This document shows, in pieces, positions 1 through 9,735 of a stretch of DNA of 42,179 nucleotides. Origin of the DNA: a virus (lineage: Duplodnaviria; Heunggongvirae; Uroviricota; Caudoviricetes); the IMG/VR virus record IMGVR_UViG_2778261252_000010, positions 1-42,179 of that record; one strand, 5' to 3'. The translations under genes were made by a program, and so were the position numbers. Within the stretch, counting starts at the first letter, position 1. Every line of letters begins with the position of its first letter. Below the pieces are notes generated by a model. It was given only the letters and a program-made list of their open reading frames with translations. It did not search any database and was not told the origin of the DNA.

Positions 1-933
1 ATGGACAACGACAAAATTGATCAACACAGCGACGAAATTGAAGTTGAGAGCGAAGAAAAAGAGCGCGGCAAAAAAATAGAAATAGATGAAGACCGACTCC
101 CCTCCCGGGCGATGGCAATTCATGAGCATATCCGCCAGGATGGTGAAAAAGAGCTGGAACGCGACGCAATGGCGCTACTGTGGTCAGCCATTGCGGCGGG
201 TCTGTCGATGGGCGCTTCGTTACTGGCAAAAGGGATATTTCATGTCGAACTGGAAGGTGTGCCGGGCAGCTTCTTACTGGAGAATCTCGGTTATACCTTT
301 GGTTTTATTATCGTCATTATGGCCCGCCAGCAATTATTTACCGAAAACACCGTGACTGCGGTACTACCCGTCATGCAAAAACCGACAATGAGCAACGTCG
401 GCTTACTTATGCGATTATGGGGCGTCGTGCTGCTGGGTAATATTCTCGGGACAGGTATTGCTGCATGGGCATTTGAATATATGCCTATCTTCAATGAAGA
501 AACTCGCGATGCATTTGTCAAAATCGGCATGGATGTGATGAAGAACACCCCCAGCGAGATGTTTGCCAACGCGATCATTTCCGGCTGGCTGATCGCCACT
601 ATGGTATGGATGTTTCCTGCAGCAGGTGCGGCAAAGATTGTGGTGATTATATTGATGACCTGGCTTATTGCCCTGGGTGACACCACCCATATCGTGGTCG
701 GTTCTGTTGAAATCCTCTATCTGGTGTTTAACGGTACGCTGCACTGGAGCGATTTCATCTGGCCCTTCGCACTACCTACTTTAGCGGGGAACATCTGCGG
801 CGGCACCTTTATCTTCGCGTTAATGAGTCATGCACAGATTCGTAACGACATGAGCAACAAGCGTAAAGCAGAAGCACGCCAAAAAGCAGAACGTGCGGAA
901 AACATTAAGAAAAATGATAAAAACCCGGCATAA
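1..933 (+). CDS. yfdC: Inner membrane protein YfdC (formate/nitrite transporter family), host gene
   Basis: 310-aa ORF with multiple hydrophobic helices and charged N- and C-termini; size and sequence recalled as E. coli YfdC; lies immediately upstream of argW as in E. coli. Confidence 0.8.
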   Translation: MDNDKIDQHSDEIEVESEEKERGKKIEIDEDRLPSRAMAIHEHIRQDGEKELERDAMALLWSAIAAGLSMGASLLAKGIFHVELEGVPGSFLLENLGYTFGFIIVIMARQQLFTENTVTAVLPVMQKPTMSNVGLLMRLWGVVLLGNILGTGIAAWAFEYMPIFNEETRDAFVKIGMDVMKNTPSEMFANAIISGWLIATMVWMFPAAGAAKIVVIILMTWLIALGDTTHIVVGSVEILYLVFNGTLHWSDFIWPFALPTLAGNICGGTFIFALMSHAQIRNDMSNKRKAEARQKAERAENIKKNDKNPA

Positions 934-1008
934 ATGGCGAGGGTTTAAGCAATCGAGCGGCAGCGTACTTACCCCGCACTCCATTAGCGGGTATACTCAT
1001 GCCGCATT

Positions 1009-1083
1009 GTCCTCTTAGTTAAATGGATATAACGAGCCCCTCCTAAGGGCTAATTGCAGGTTCGATTCCTGCAGGGGACACCA
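1009..1083 (+). tRNA. argW: tRNA-Arg (anticodon CCU)
   Basis: 75 nt folding as a cloverleaf: acceptor GTCCTCT/AGGGGAC, anticodon stem AGCCC/GGGCT with loop CTCCTAA (anticodon CCT), T-arm GCAGG-TTCGATT-CCTGC, 3' ACCA. Confidence 0.85.
1069..1083. repeat. attL core: 15-bp CTGCAGGGGACACCA at the tRNA 3' end, repeated at 40854..40868
   Basis: Exact 15-bp direct repeat at both prophage borders; the left copy is the 3' terminus of argW. Confidence 0.7.
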
Positions 1084-1199
1084 TTTATCAGTTCGCTCCC
1101 ATCCGTACTAGTCCGCAAAATCCCCTGCATATCAAGCCTTCCGTAGATTCACAGTTCGGCATGGTTCGCGTCAGATCGTTGACAGCCGCACACCATGAC

Positions 1200-1244
1200 G
1201 GGTAAAAAGTGGATAAAATAATTTTACCCACCGGATTTTTACCC
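1200..1244. promoter_or_regulatory. Cluster of GGGTAAAA-type repeats in both orientations directly upstream of intS (putative integrase/excisionase binding sites overlapping the intS promoter)
   Basis: GGGTAAAAA, GGATAAAAT, TTTTACCC and TTTTTACCC within 45 bp ending at the intS ATG; the same motif recurs at the torI end (40775..40795). Confidence 0.4.
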
Positions 1245-2399
1245 ATGCTCACCGTTAAGCAGATTGAAGCAGCAAAGCCGAAAGAAAAACCATACCGCCT
1301 TCTCGATGGTAATGGCCTGTACCTTTATGTCCCTGTGTCAGGGAAAAAGGTATGGCAGCTTCGCTACAAGATTGACGGTAAGGAGAAAATCCTGACCGTA
1401 GGAAAATATCCGCTAATGACTTTGCAGGAGGCAAGAGATAAAGCATGGACCGCGAGGAAAGACATCTCGGTTGGCATCGATCCGGTAAAAGCGAAAAAGG
1501 CTTCGTCTAACAACAATTCCTTTAGTGCAATTTACAAGGAATGGTACGAGCACAAGAAGCAAGTATGGTCAGTAGGCTATGCAACTGAGCTTGCCAAAAT
1601 GTTTGATGACGACATTTTACCCATCATCGGCGGTCTTGAGATTCAGGATATTGAGCCGATGCAACTGCTGGAAGTAATCCGCAGATTTGAAGATCGCGGT
1701 GCAATGGAACGAGCCAACAAAGCCCGCAGAAGATGCGGCGAGGTTTTCCGTTACGCTATTGTCACCGGAAGGGCTAAATATAACCCGGCACCTGACCTTG
1801 CAGACGCCATGAAAGGATACCGCAAGAAGAACTTCCCGTTTCTTCCAGCAGACCAGATCCCTGCATTCAACAAAGCACTGGCAACATTTTCAGGAAGTAT
1901 CGTATCGCTCATTGCGACCAAAGTTTTACGCTACACAGCCCTAAGAACGAAAGAGCTTCGCTCCATGCAATGGAAGAACGTCGATTTTGAAAACAGGATT
2001 ATCACCATCGACGCCAGTGTGATGAAGGGACGCAAAATTCATGTGGTCCCGATGTCAGACCAGGTGGTTGAACTTCTCACTACGCTAAGCTCAATCACTA
2101 AACCAGTATCAGAGTATGTTTTTGCCGGGCGCAACGATAAGAAGAAGCCAATTTGCGAGAACGCTGTACTACTTGTGATCAAACAAATCGGATATGAGGG
2201 TCTGGAAAGCGGACACGGATTCAGGCATGAATTCAGCACGATTATGAACGAGCACGAATGGCCTGCTGACGCGATTGAGGTTCAACTGGCGCATGCCAAC
2301 GGTGGATCTGTGCGCGGGATTTACAACCATGCTCAGTATCTGGATAAGCGCAGAGAAATGATGCAGTGGTGGGCTGATTTCATTGACGGAAAAGCATGA
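1245..2399 (+). CDS. intS: Tyrosine recombinase / prophage integrase (P4-like family)
   Basis: ORF next to the tRNA; N-terminus MLTVKQIEAAKP typical of P4-family integrases; C-terminal catalytic region with R..H..R..Y-type residues; start taken at the second Met (1245) of the 1209..2399 ORF. Confidence 0.8.
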   Translation: MLTVKQIEAAKPKEKPYRLLDGNGLYLYVPVSGKKVWQLRYKIDGKEKILTVGKYPLMTLQEARDKAWTARKDISVGIDPVKAKKASSNNNSFSAIYKEWYEHKKQVWSVGYATELAKMFDDDILPIIGGLEIQDIEPMQLLEVIRRFEDRGAMERANKARRRCGEVFRYAIVTGRAKYNPAPDLADAMKGYRKKNFPFLPADQIPAFNKALATFSGSIVSLIATKVLRYTALRTKELRSMQWKNVDFENRIITIDASVMKGRKIHVVPMSDQVVELLTTLSSITKPVSEYVFAGRNDKKKPICENAVLLVIKQIGYEGLESGHGFRHEFSTIMNEHEWPADAIEVQLAHANGGSVRGIYNHAQYLDKRREMMQWWADFIDGKA

Positions 2400-2490
2400 A
2401 TCATTAGCGCAAGACGAATCTTAACCTGTGATGATTTTGAGTTGTTTTGCGCTAATTTTTGCCCCATCCATGCCCCATCAAATCAATTTA

Positions 2491-4422
2491 TTAGTTTGTT
2501 AACACAGACCCACTTATGAGTATTGCATTTGACGTACTGGTTATGTTTGGCATCCAAACCACACCGTTAGTATCGATCATCGCAGATCCATAGTTCGTAC
2601 CAGCAGTATTCGAAACCTGTGCTGCACCTCCATATAACAGCCCTCCAAATGACGGAAGTGTCGTTTTTGATAGACCATGTTCACATGAAAGATAGTTTGT
2701 TGGCGACACTTTAACCGAAAAAGATACAATCTTATTATTTCTTGTAAATTTTCCTTCAATTAACGCACCTCCTGGAGCTGTCCAACCAGGGATCCCAGGT
2801 ATAAAGTCGCGACAACTCAAATCTCCTGTAATTGTTAAATAGTTCTGAATCCAGGAATCAGAACCAGCTATTCCTTTTGTTAGTTTTTCTGAATACACAT
2901 TAGTTATTTCTGTGTGCCCATTGACGCCTACAGCATTAATATCAGATGTCACATTACCTACCTGCGAATGTGATACTGGGTTTTCTATCAAAATATTACT
3001 ATTGGCACCGGATGTGCCATCCAACTTAACCAGGGCTCCATCTATGTCTCCAGTAAGATTTCCATTCCCTGCGCCATATGGGGAGGTAAGAACTACTTGA
3101 GAACACCCTGTAGATAGATAAAAAACACCTAACTTATTTCCTTCCCCTGCGCAGTTGATAGCAGTAAACCCTTCAACAGAATGCAGTATATAGCCATACC
3201 CAGAAACTTCACTTCCTTCACTTGCACAAGTGTTCATAGAGCAATAGATACAATTTTGGAAATAGAAATAACCACCAATGCCATAACAGTTTTCAAACAG
3301 CAATGAAGTACATGCCGGTTGCACACAGAAAGAAGGGCCACCTCCATGCATCCACACTTTGCAATGAGAGATATTCCCCATGAAAGCACAGTCTGTGCCA
3401 TTAGATTCCCCAAAGCGGATACCTTGCCCCCCAGGTCCAGTATCGGAATCCACAGTAAGACCAGTTAATCTAAAATCATCTATTTTAGTCAGCCATAAAG
3501 CGACTGAAAGCGAACTACCACCGGCACGATGCGATACATGAAAATCTTCTAAAACCAGACCTCTTACTCCCTTAAAAGTAATGGCACGCGAATTTTGCGG
3601 TATAGAATCAAAATTTAAATAGCAAAGGTTTTTAGTTTTGGCATTTGCCATATGATTATAAGAGCCAGTACCTGTTATTTTCAGGCTCGCCTCATCATTA
3701 AAGTCAATAACAAGTGGTTTTGAAAATTTATATTTACCACTTAAACTAATTTCTTTACCCCGTGCAGCAGCGATGCATTTTGTAAATGCTGCATGGCAAT
3801 CAACGGTGTCAGTAGGATCTGCTCCCCACCATTCGGGTTTGTAGCTCCCTTCTATTACCCTCTTCCATCTCCTACCGGAAGCCCCAACCAAAATGATTCC
3901 ATCATCATCATCGCTCGTAGTGTCTGTATCATCTAAATAAAACCATCCTTCTCCGCCATCAAATAACCCTGACCTCCCAAGGCAATATATTTTTTTTGAT
4001 TTCTCAGAATAAGTTCTTATATCAGAAAAATACGCTCCTCCAACCAGCGTTGAGCCATAAACATCGGCTAGGCGATTTGTGAACTGATCCGGGTCGTACT
4101 TCAGAACATTCGGAAAATAGAACTGCTGCGCCCCGTACGCATCATAAACAGCCATAGAATGGCCTTGCACAGTTACGAACTTGGCAATCTGTCCGTTATA
4201 TACCGGATAACCAGCAGCGTTAATGATGATTGGCTGTGCAACAGGAACGTGAGAACCATCTTCGTTCTCCACATAAACCTGAATCTGGTTTTCAGGATTT
4301 ACTGGGTCAGTGTCAATTTTACCGATATAAATTTTGCCATTAGCTACGGCTTTGAAAGAACGAGCCATAGTGAAGAGTTGCGATGGCATACTTACTACAA
4401 CATTGGCTGTAATGTCTGTCAT
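2491..4422 (-). CDS. Tailspike protein: P22 gp9-like N-terminal head-binding domain fused to a divergent, Cys-rich receptor-binding/depolymerase domain
   Basis: First ~115 aa ([11 protein letters not shown]...[19 protein letters not shown]...VLKYDPDQ) match the P22 tailspike head-binding domain from memory; last gene of the late operon, as gene 9 is in P22. Confidence 0.8.
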   Translation of the reverse strand: MTDITANVVVSMPSQLFTMARSFKAVANGKIYIGKIDTDPVNPENQIQVYVENEDGSHVPVAQPIIINAAGYPVYNGQIAKFVTVQGHSMAVYDAYGAQQFYFPNVLKYDPDQFTNRLADVYGSTLVGGAYFSDIRTYSEKSKKIYCLGRSGLFDGGEGWFYLDDTDTTSDDDDGIILVGASGRRWKRVIEGSYKPEWWGADPTDTVDCHAAFTKCIAAARGKEISLSGKYKFSKPLVIDFNDEASLKITGTGSYNHMANAKTKNLCYLNFDSIPQNSRAITFKGVRGLVLEDFHVSHRAGGSSLSVALWLTKIDDFRLTGLTVDSDTGPGGQGIRFGESNGTDCAFMGNISHCKVWMHGGGPSFCVQPACTSLLFENCYGIGGYFYFQNCIYCSMNTCASEGSEVSGYGYILHSVEGFTAINCAGEGNKLGVFYLSTGCSQVVLTSPYGAGNGNLTGDIDGALVKLDGTSGANSNILIENPVSHSQVGNVTSDINAVGVNGHTEITNVYSEKLTKGIAGSDSWIQNYLTITGDLSCRDFIPGIPGWTAPGGALIEGKFTRNNKIVSFSVKVSPTNYLSCEHGLSKTTLPSFGGLLYGGAAQVSNTAGTNYGSAMIDTNGVVWMPNITSTSNAILISGSVLTN

Positions 4423-4480
4423 TTAATTTGCTCCAGATACAAGGAATCGCCGCAGCATGGCTACGGTGAATTTTGGGCAT

Positions 4481-4503
4481 AAAAAAACCCAGCCGAAGCT
4501 GGG
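4481..4503 (-). terminator. Intrinsic terminator downstream of ant
   Basis: On the minus strand: CCCAGC-ttcg-GCTGGG hairpin followed by TTTTTTT. Confidence 0.6.
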
Positions 4504-4522
4504 TCGTTGCGTTGGTTATCTG

Positions 4523-5425
4523 TCAGTAGTTATGTACTGAAGGAGGTAATTCTTTATTCTTAAGTCTCATCCATGCGGAAAGATTCGTTGGTCCGTCTGG
4601 CTCATTGATATCAACATCTCGTGTGTGATTGATTAAAACGTCTCTCGCCATTCCGATAACATACGAGAATTCATGACCGTAGTCGTAGCATCTGCCGGAA
4701 TAGTTCGATTGAATTTGTTTTAATGCCGGATACAGTTCGCGGAATAATGCCTGTGAACGGTTGGCATAATCCCATAACCATACAAGGCTGTTTGCTTCTT
4801 TTGCAGAAAGCTCGTTGGTTTTCTTCTCTTGTTTGCCAATGAACTCACCTTCAAGCACTACCCTGTGGATGTACTCTACTGCTTGCGGTATCTGAGATGC
4901 ATCAAGCTCTTCAATACTTTCCACATTGAAACGCTGATGAATCATTGCATAAGCTTCTGGGTACATTAGATGCTTTTTGCTGACTAGCATATTTACAGCA
5001 TCACGAAGCGGAGTCCTGTCATCAACAGATGTTTTCTTACGTGCATTTTCTGCCTTTCCCTTCGTCCAGTAGTCATGCAGCACAGTAAAGCATTCCTCCT
5101 GGTACTGAATCAGTTTATCGCGTATGTCAGCACGAACTTTCTCAGGGTTGATGCTGAACAGCCATCCATTTAACTTCTTCAAAGGAAGGCAGAGTAGCTT
5201 ACGAAGCTTACCATCAGCGGCAACCATATTCATATGAATACAGTTGAACTTATCTAGTTGTTTCATAAGTTTTTGTTGCTGAGTACCCCAGCTCATTCCG
5301 AGGTTTTCAACGATTGGCTTCATCGCAACATATGCAACTCCGGCAGCCATGGCGGTGATAATCTGCTGACCATTGAAAGGTACGTAAGAGGTGTTCACTG
5401 CTTCTAAAATTGCTATACTATTCAT
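4523..5425 (-). CDS. ant: Antirepressor Ant (P22 immI type)
   Basis: 300-aa product beginning [22 protein letters not shown] from the Met preceded by a GGAG ribosome-binding site; position downstream of arc in a mnt-arc-ant arrangement. Confidence 0.75.
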   Translation of the reverse strand: MNSIAILEAVNTSYVPFNGQQIITAMAAGVAYVAMKPIVENLGMSWGTQQQKLMKQLDKFNCIHMNMVAADGKLRKLLCLPLKKLNGWLFSINPEKVRADIRDKLIQYQEECFTVLHDYWTKGKAENARKKTSVDDRTPLRDAVNMLVSKKHLMYPEAYAMIHQRFNVESIEELDASQIPQAVEYIHRVVLEGEFIGKQEKKTNELSAKEANSLVWLWDYANRSQALFRELYPALKQIQSNYSGRCYDYGHEFSYVIGMARDVLINHTRDVDINEPDGPTNLSAWMRLKNKELPPSVHNY

Positions 5426-5487
5426 GTTGGTTTTTCTCCACGGATTTACCGACAACCGAAGCCCTGACTGTTACCGCAGTTGGGGCT

Positions 5488-5670
5488 TCACTGTTTTATG
5501 TTCACATCTAACATTGTTTTTCTAGAATTTAACTCTTTCCCCATCGCTTCAACGCAAAGAGATACACAACCACTACAGATAAATATCTCTGCTTTAGCGC
5601 GAATCAACATTGCACATTCATGCTGAGGCTTTCCGCAGAAGGAGCACTTAAAGCCATCTTCTTTATTCAT
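5488..5670 (-). CDS. 60-aa protein resembling the ClpX N-terminal C4 zinc-binding domain
   Basis: KCSFCGKPQHECAMLI...ICSGCVSLC aligns with ClpX YCSFCGKSQHEVRKLI...ICDECVDLC (same Cys spacing); start ATG overlaps the arc stop (ATGA) and is preceded by a GAGGG ribosome-binding site. Confidence 0.6.
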   Translation of the reverse strand: MNKEDGFKCSFCGKPQHECAMLIRAKAEIFICSGCVSLCVEAMGKELNSRKTMLDVNIKQ

Positions 5671-5819
5671 ATCGCCACACCCTCTCTCTTCAGGCTGTCT
5701 ATCAGGCGCTTGATAACCTCTGAGTTAAACGACCTGCACTCTTCCTTTGCCCTGCTACCGATAGCATCCTTTAACGACTGCGGCATCCTTACCAAAATCT
5801 TACTTATTTCTTTCTCCAT
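5667..5819 (-). CDS. arc: Arc-like ribbon-helix-helix repressor
   Basis: 50-aa product MEKEISKILVRMPQ...CRSFNSEVIKRL with an Arc/MetJ-type RHH signature; GGAGGG ribosome-binding site; divergent from mnt. Confidence 0.7.
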   Translation of the reverse strand: MEKEISKILVRMPQSLKDAIGSRAKEECRSFNSEVIKRLIDSLKREGVAI

Positions 5820-5933
5820 GTTACCCTCCACACAAACAACTCTTTTCGAATACAAAAGATAGCAAAGTGAGTATATCTAGTCAAAATTTTTTTGCATACA
5901 CTTTGATATCAAATTGAATACCAAAGGTGTGAT
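5820..5933. promoter_or_regulatory. Divergent Pant/Pmnt promoter-operator region of immI
   Basis: 114-bp AT-rich intergenic region between divergent arc and mnt; by analogy with P22 immI. Individual operators not resolved. Confidence 0.4.
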
Positions 5934-6185
5934 ATGGCAAAGGGTGTGTCAATTTCTCCAACTACGGTAAGAATCCCTGAATCTTTACGCGAGGCTCTTG
6001 CTGTCAGAGCATCAAAAAATGGTCGCTCTGTTAACTCCGAGATCGTCATGATTTTGCAAGCCGCGATTGATGAAGATAGGTCGCCAAAGTCAGTTGAGTC
6101 ATTTGCTCAGCAAGAAGCTGACAAATTCAAAGAGGCGCTGCTTGAGACGCTGAGGAACATGCAAGAAAACAAAAAACCCACCTGA
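5934..6185 (+). CDS. mnt: Mnt-like repressor (ribbon-helix-helix)
   Basis: 83 aa, same length as P22 Mnt, with N-terminal RHH motif (RIPESLREALAVRASKNGRSVNSEI). Confidence 0.7.
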   Translation: MAKGVSISPTTVRIPESLREALAVRASKNGRSVNSEIVMILQAAIDEDRSPKSVESFAQQEADKFKEALLETLRNMQENKKPT

Positions 6186-6199
6186 AGGTGGGTTTTATA
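6171..6199. terminator. Bidirectional intrinsic terminator between mnt and the convergent gene
   Basis: CCCACC-tgaa-GGTGGG hairpin flanked by an A-run upstream and a T-run downstream. Confidence 0.6.
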
Positions 6200-6200
6200 A

Positions 6201-7187
6201 TTAGATTTCTGGTTTTATTCTTCCAAAAACCTTTTCTATTCCTTTTTCGTATTCTTCTCTTGTCTCGCTCATCGCTGCGACACCAAGAAGCTTACCGATA
6301 TGCTGACGCAAAGCCTTGACACCAATTTCAGAAAGGAACAGGTGCAACTTATCAGATTGTTTTCCGTTCTCGTCTCGGCTGGCTCGAATCTGTTCAAGGA
6401 TTTTACCTTTACTCTTTGCTAGAGGAGTGTATATCTGCATGTTGGTTAGCTGCCCAAAACGAATTGGACGTCCTTTCTCTGGCCTGTTCAGGCCGTACAG
6501 TCGATACCACTCCTCATATAGCTCATCTGGAAATTCTTTTTCATACTGCCTCGCCTCTTCACGAACAAAGGCCTTGAAGGAATCAATAACCTCCTGTACT
6601 TCAGGTCGATATCCTGCAATAGCATAACCAAGTCCTTTAAGCCCTGCTTTCATTGATGCGGTAACAAGTCTTTGGGCAAGGCTGGCAGATTTTGATCTTG
6701 AAGGCGGTAGAGCGCCAGCTCGATCGGCATTAATCATTGCTGTGGCTATATCGCCGATAAGGGCAATATCGTAACCGTGAGCCTCATCAGCGAGTGGATT
6801 TGGGGCTGAGTTTGGGACCGGACTTCTCCATTGAAAAATAAGAGGTTTTTTGAATTTTTCTAGCAGAAATGGATCAACAAAATCAGCCATATAATTCGTA
6901 TTTAGAAAACGGTCTACATCCCTACCATGCTCACCGATTCCTAGTAATTTAGCCAGACCAGTTTTACTAACTACAACCGTTTTATCATTATCATCAAGTA
7001 CGTAACATTCTGCATCAATGCCGAAATCATCAATGAAGTTACCCTTTCTGATCGCTCTTAGTGGCTTACCTTCCCATCGTTTTGCCGCTGCTTTCTTTGC
7101 TATTTCAGAACGCTGCTCTTTAGTCAGCGACTTTGCGCGAGCGATCCCGCCCTTAGCTTTCCCTTCGCCACTTTTCTTTTCAGTCAT
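6201..7187 (-). CDS. Hypothetical phage protein, paralog of the cI-downstream gene 33149..34069 (possibly P63C-type regulator domain; unverified)
   Basis: 329 aa from an ATG with AGGTG ribosome-binding site (the ORF track extends to 7262); shares blocks with the 33149..34069 product (AECYVLDD vs IDCYVLD; FPDELYEEWYRLYG vs FPDELWEEFGRLTG). Confidence 0.65.
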   Translation of the reverse strand: MTEKKSGEGKAKGGIARAKSLTKEQRSEIAKKAAAKRWEGKPLRAIRKGNFIDDFGIDAECYVLDDNDKTVVVSKTGLAKLLGIGEHGRDVDRFLNTNYMADFVDPFLLEKFKKPLIFQWRSPVPNSAPNPLADEAHGYDIALIGDIATAMINADRAGALPPSRSKSASLAQRLVTASMKAGLKGLGYAIAGYRPEVQEVIDSFKAFVREEARQYEKEFPDELYEEWYRLYGLNRPEKGRPIRFGQLTNMQIYTPLAKSKGKILEQIRASRDENGKQSDKLHLFLSEIGVKALRQHIGKLLGVAAMSETREEYEKGIEKVFGRIKPEI

Positions 7188-7343
7188 AATGCAAGCACCT
7201 TTATTGTGATGTATGCTTGCATTATATGCACTGTACACACATACAAGCAAGCATAAAACCAAAACAAAATGCTTGCATTACAACCGCGCTACTCCAACTA
7301 CACATTATCATCTGGTATCCTGCGCAAAACTAAGGAGGTTGGT

Positions 7344-7838
7344 GTGTCTGATTCTATGAGTTACGCTGTGCTAGTTGCCGCAACTCTATTTCTGGGGATA
7401 GGGTTGCAGATTGCGTGGTTCTTTTTTTCTAGTTTTATTAAACGTAAAAGAATTGAATCAAGGATATCTGAGATTTCTATTGCTATAGGGAAAAATGCTG
7501 AAAATCCAGAGAATGAGGCCTGCGCACTGAATTACCTTAAAGAAAAGTTTTCCCCTGAAAAATTTGAAAACAGAATTACTGATGCTCTTGGATTGGTAAT
7601 ATCAGTAATTCATATGCCACTAAGTTTGCTGATAACAGTGTGGTACTTCGCCATGATCGCCGGAAGAATATTTGGTTTCATGAATATAGAGCCTGTAGTT
7701 CTTTGGGTTCCAATGATACTGCAATTGTTGTTAAGCGTTGCTATCTTTATTTTTTCTGTTTTTATAAAAATTGTCTTCGGAAGATACCCCGGAGAAGCGA
7801 AGGGATTTAATAAAGAATTCATAAAAACTATAAAATAA
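7344..7838 (+). CDS. Small polytopic inner-membrane protein in the sieA position (putative superinfection-exclusion or moron product)
   Basis: AT-rich ORF with several hydrophobic helices; strong AAGGAGG ribosome-binding site before GTG 7344 (in-frame ATG at 7356 is an alternative start); opposite strand to the late operon. Confidence 0.55.
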   Translation: MSDSMSYAVLVAATLFLGIGLQIAWFFFSSFIKRKRIESRISEISIAIGKNAENPENEACALNYLKEKFSPEKFENRITDALGLVISVIHMPLSLLITVWYFAMIAGRIFGFMNIEPVVLWVPMILQLLLSVAIFIFSVFIKIVFGRYPGEAKGFNKEFIKTIK

Positions 7839-7860
7839 ATGCCGTCCTTGGCTTACAGTG

Positions 7861-9735
7861 CTACTGCCGGGTAGCTTCGTTAACTAAGAGCGGGCGCACG
7901 GCAGTAGCCGCCTGATTTAGCGCTCTTTCATAAGCTGGCGTTCCAGCTTTAGTGTTTGCCAGACGTAAGAGCGCATTCCTTGCTGCTTTGGATTCATACA
8001 AGCGCATCATTGCACCGAAACCAGCCTCAAGCCCCATTGATACGCCAAGAGTCGTAGTTGCGCCAATCGTCCTTATCCTGTTGGCTTGCGATTGCCCCGT
8101 CTGAGTTACTACATTTGCGGTGTCTGATCTTGCTGTTTGCTGTAGAACTTCATGAAGAGCATCAAGCTCTTTCATGTGCTTTCCAGAAAAAATAGTGTTG
8201 TAAATTTCACCGCCTGACTGAGATTTAAGCTTATTAACTTCAGTGATGAACTTGGCTGGAGAGTCACCGGCCTTTTCCGCTATTTTGCTGACGTAAGCTG
8301 CACGCATAGCATCTTTCCCTTTATCATCCAATGCGCTCCAGATTCGTTTCACGTCAGATGGTTTTCTGCTTAATACAACGGTATTTATAAGTTCAGGACT
8401 GGCTTCACTGCTTGCCTTGTTGAGCTTGTTAGCAATGTTTTTATTAAGCACCTTATTATAAACGTTTGCATAATCGGAATTTGCTTTAAGGTATTTTGCT
8501 GCGTCTGATGCACCGAGGTTTTTAGCAACTGCGTTACGAAGGTCTTTTGACATTGCATTCTCTACCATATTGGTAGCTGCTTTTGCCTGGTTGGGGAAGA
8601 CCATAGCATCTCCCTGAACATTAGATCTAAATGCTGTTCTGTGCTGACGCAAGAGATCAAACGTAACATCCAAATCAGTTGCAGGGTTTGCTAATTCTTC
8701 ACGTAGGTTACGCAAGGATGTAAGCAGGCTTTGATTGGCAGACGTCCCAAGCCGTTCCTGTCTTGCGATCGCTGTATTCAGAGCATTCATGGTATTTGTG
8801 GTATCAACTGCGGCATTACCCATTTTATTGGTGACGTCATTGATAACAGCGCCAGCGGCATCCTTCCGCCCCCTTAACGTGGTGGTAAGAGATTTCACCA
8901 CATCATCAGGGTTGTACTCACCAAACCGGTCAAAATAATTACTTACCAGCTTACTACGCGTTGCATATTGCTCCGCTCGCTTTGAGCCTGTCCCGAGCAA
9001 AGCCCCCTCGGCATCCTGAGTTAGGCCGCGAGTGAAAGCATTTTTCGGCGGGATAACATCAGATGTCATTGGTGTCACGCCCATCGATTCTGATGTGGCA
9101 ATTTTCTTCGCCACTTCTGGCGCAATATCACCTTTTATAGCCGTTATTCCACGCCCTATTCCCTTTGCTGCTGCGGAAAGAACACCCTGAGCGGCAAGGT
9201 TAACTCCGGCATTTTTAGCTGCATTTTGTGCGAAATCGCCTTTCTGATTTGCGGCCTCTGCCAGTGATCCAATAGCCATGCTTCCTGCCGTTCCAACTCC
9301 TGGAACTAAATACCCGCCAATTGTTTCTCCAGCTTGCGCATAAGGGTCTGTCGGTCGATCGACTGGACGATAGACATCATCCAATACTTTTGGCCCACCA
9401 AGCCCCTGACTGATTGCATTAATCAGACTTGCGCCACCCTGCAATACGTCAAATGGTATGTTTACCAGACCACGACCAGCCTGTTCTGCAATTTGCCCTG
9501 CACTTTGACCACCAGTGAGCCAATCGCCAGCTTGTTGCATCAATGATGGTTCTTCTTTCTGCTGCTGAGGCGGAGGGTATGCTGCATAAAACTGATCTCT
9601 TGCTTCAGCCCATTTGTCACCAGCCTTAGGGGCAACAACCTCATCAAAATATTGCGCTTGAGCCTGTGCTTTCTGTTCTTCAGTTAACGCCTGATACTGT
9701 GGAGAGGCGATAACATCTTTCCATGCTTTAGCCAT
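7861..9735 (-). CDS. Ejection (internal virion) protein, P22 gp16-like
   Basis: 624 aa, Ala/Gln/Gly-rich; N-terminus [22 protein letters not shown] and position match P22 gene 16. Confidence 0.75.
   Translation of the reverse strand: MAKAWKDVIASPQYQALTEEQKAQAQAQYFDEVVAPKAGDKWAEARDQFYAAYPPPQQQKEEPSLMQQAGDWLTGGQSAGQIAEQAGRGLVNIPFDVLQGGASLINAISQGLGGPKVLDDVYRPVDRPTDPYAQAGETIGGYLVPGVGTAGSMAIGSLAEAANQKGDFAQNAAKNAGVNLAAQGVLSAAAKGIGRGITAIKGDIAPEVAKKIATSESMGVTPMTSDVIPPKNAFTRGLTQDAEGALLGTGSKRAEQYATRSKLVSNYFDRFGEYNPDDVVKSLTTTLRGRKDAAGAVINDVTNKMGNAAVDTTNTMNALNTAIARQERLGTSANQSLLTSLRNLREELANPATDLDVTFDLLRQHRTAFRSNVQGDAMVFPNQAKAATNMVENAMSKDLRNAVAKNLGASDAAKYLKANSDYANVYNKVLNKNIANKLNKASSEASPELINTVVLSRKPSDVKRIWSALDDKGKDAMRAAYVSKIAEKAGDSPAKFITEVNKLKSQSGGEIYNTIFSGKHMKELDALHEVLQQTARSDTANVVTQTGQSQANRIRTIGATTTLGVSMGLEAGFGAMMRLYESKAARNALLRLANTKAGTPAYERALNQAATAVRPLLVNEATRQ

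Noticed and set aside
86-744. Four ORF-track ORFs (86..355, 180..440, 291..686, 415..744) overlapping yfdC
   Set aside because: They lie entirely inside the well-supported yfdC frame, in other frames or on the opposite strand, with no ribosome-binding sites; frame-shadow artefacts.
2404-2457. Inverted repeat TTAGCGCAA...TTGCGCTAA between intS and the tailspike gene as a terminator
   Set aside because: The 9-bp stems are separated by a ~38-nt loop, too long for a confident intrinsic terminator; function left open.
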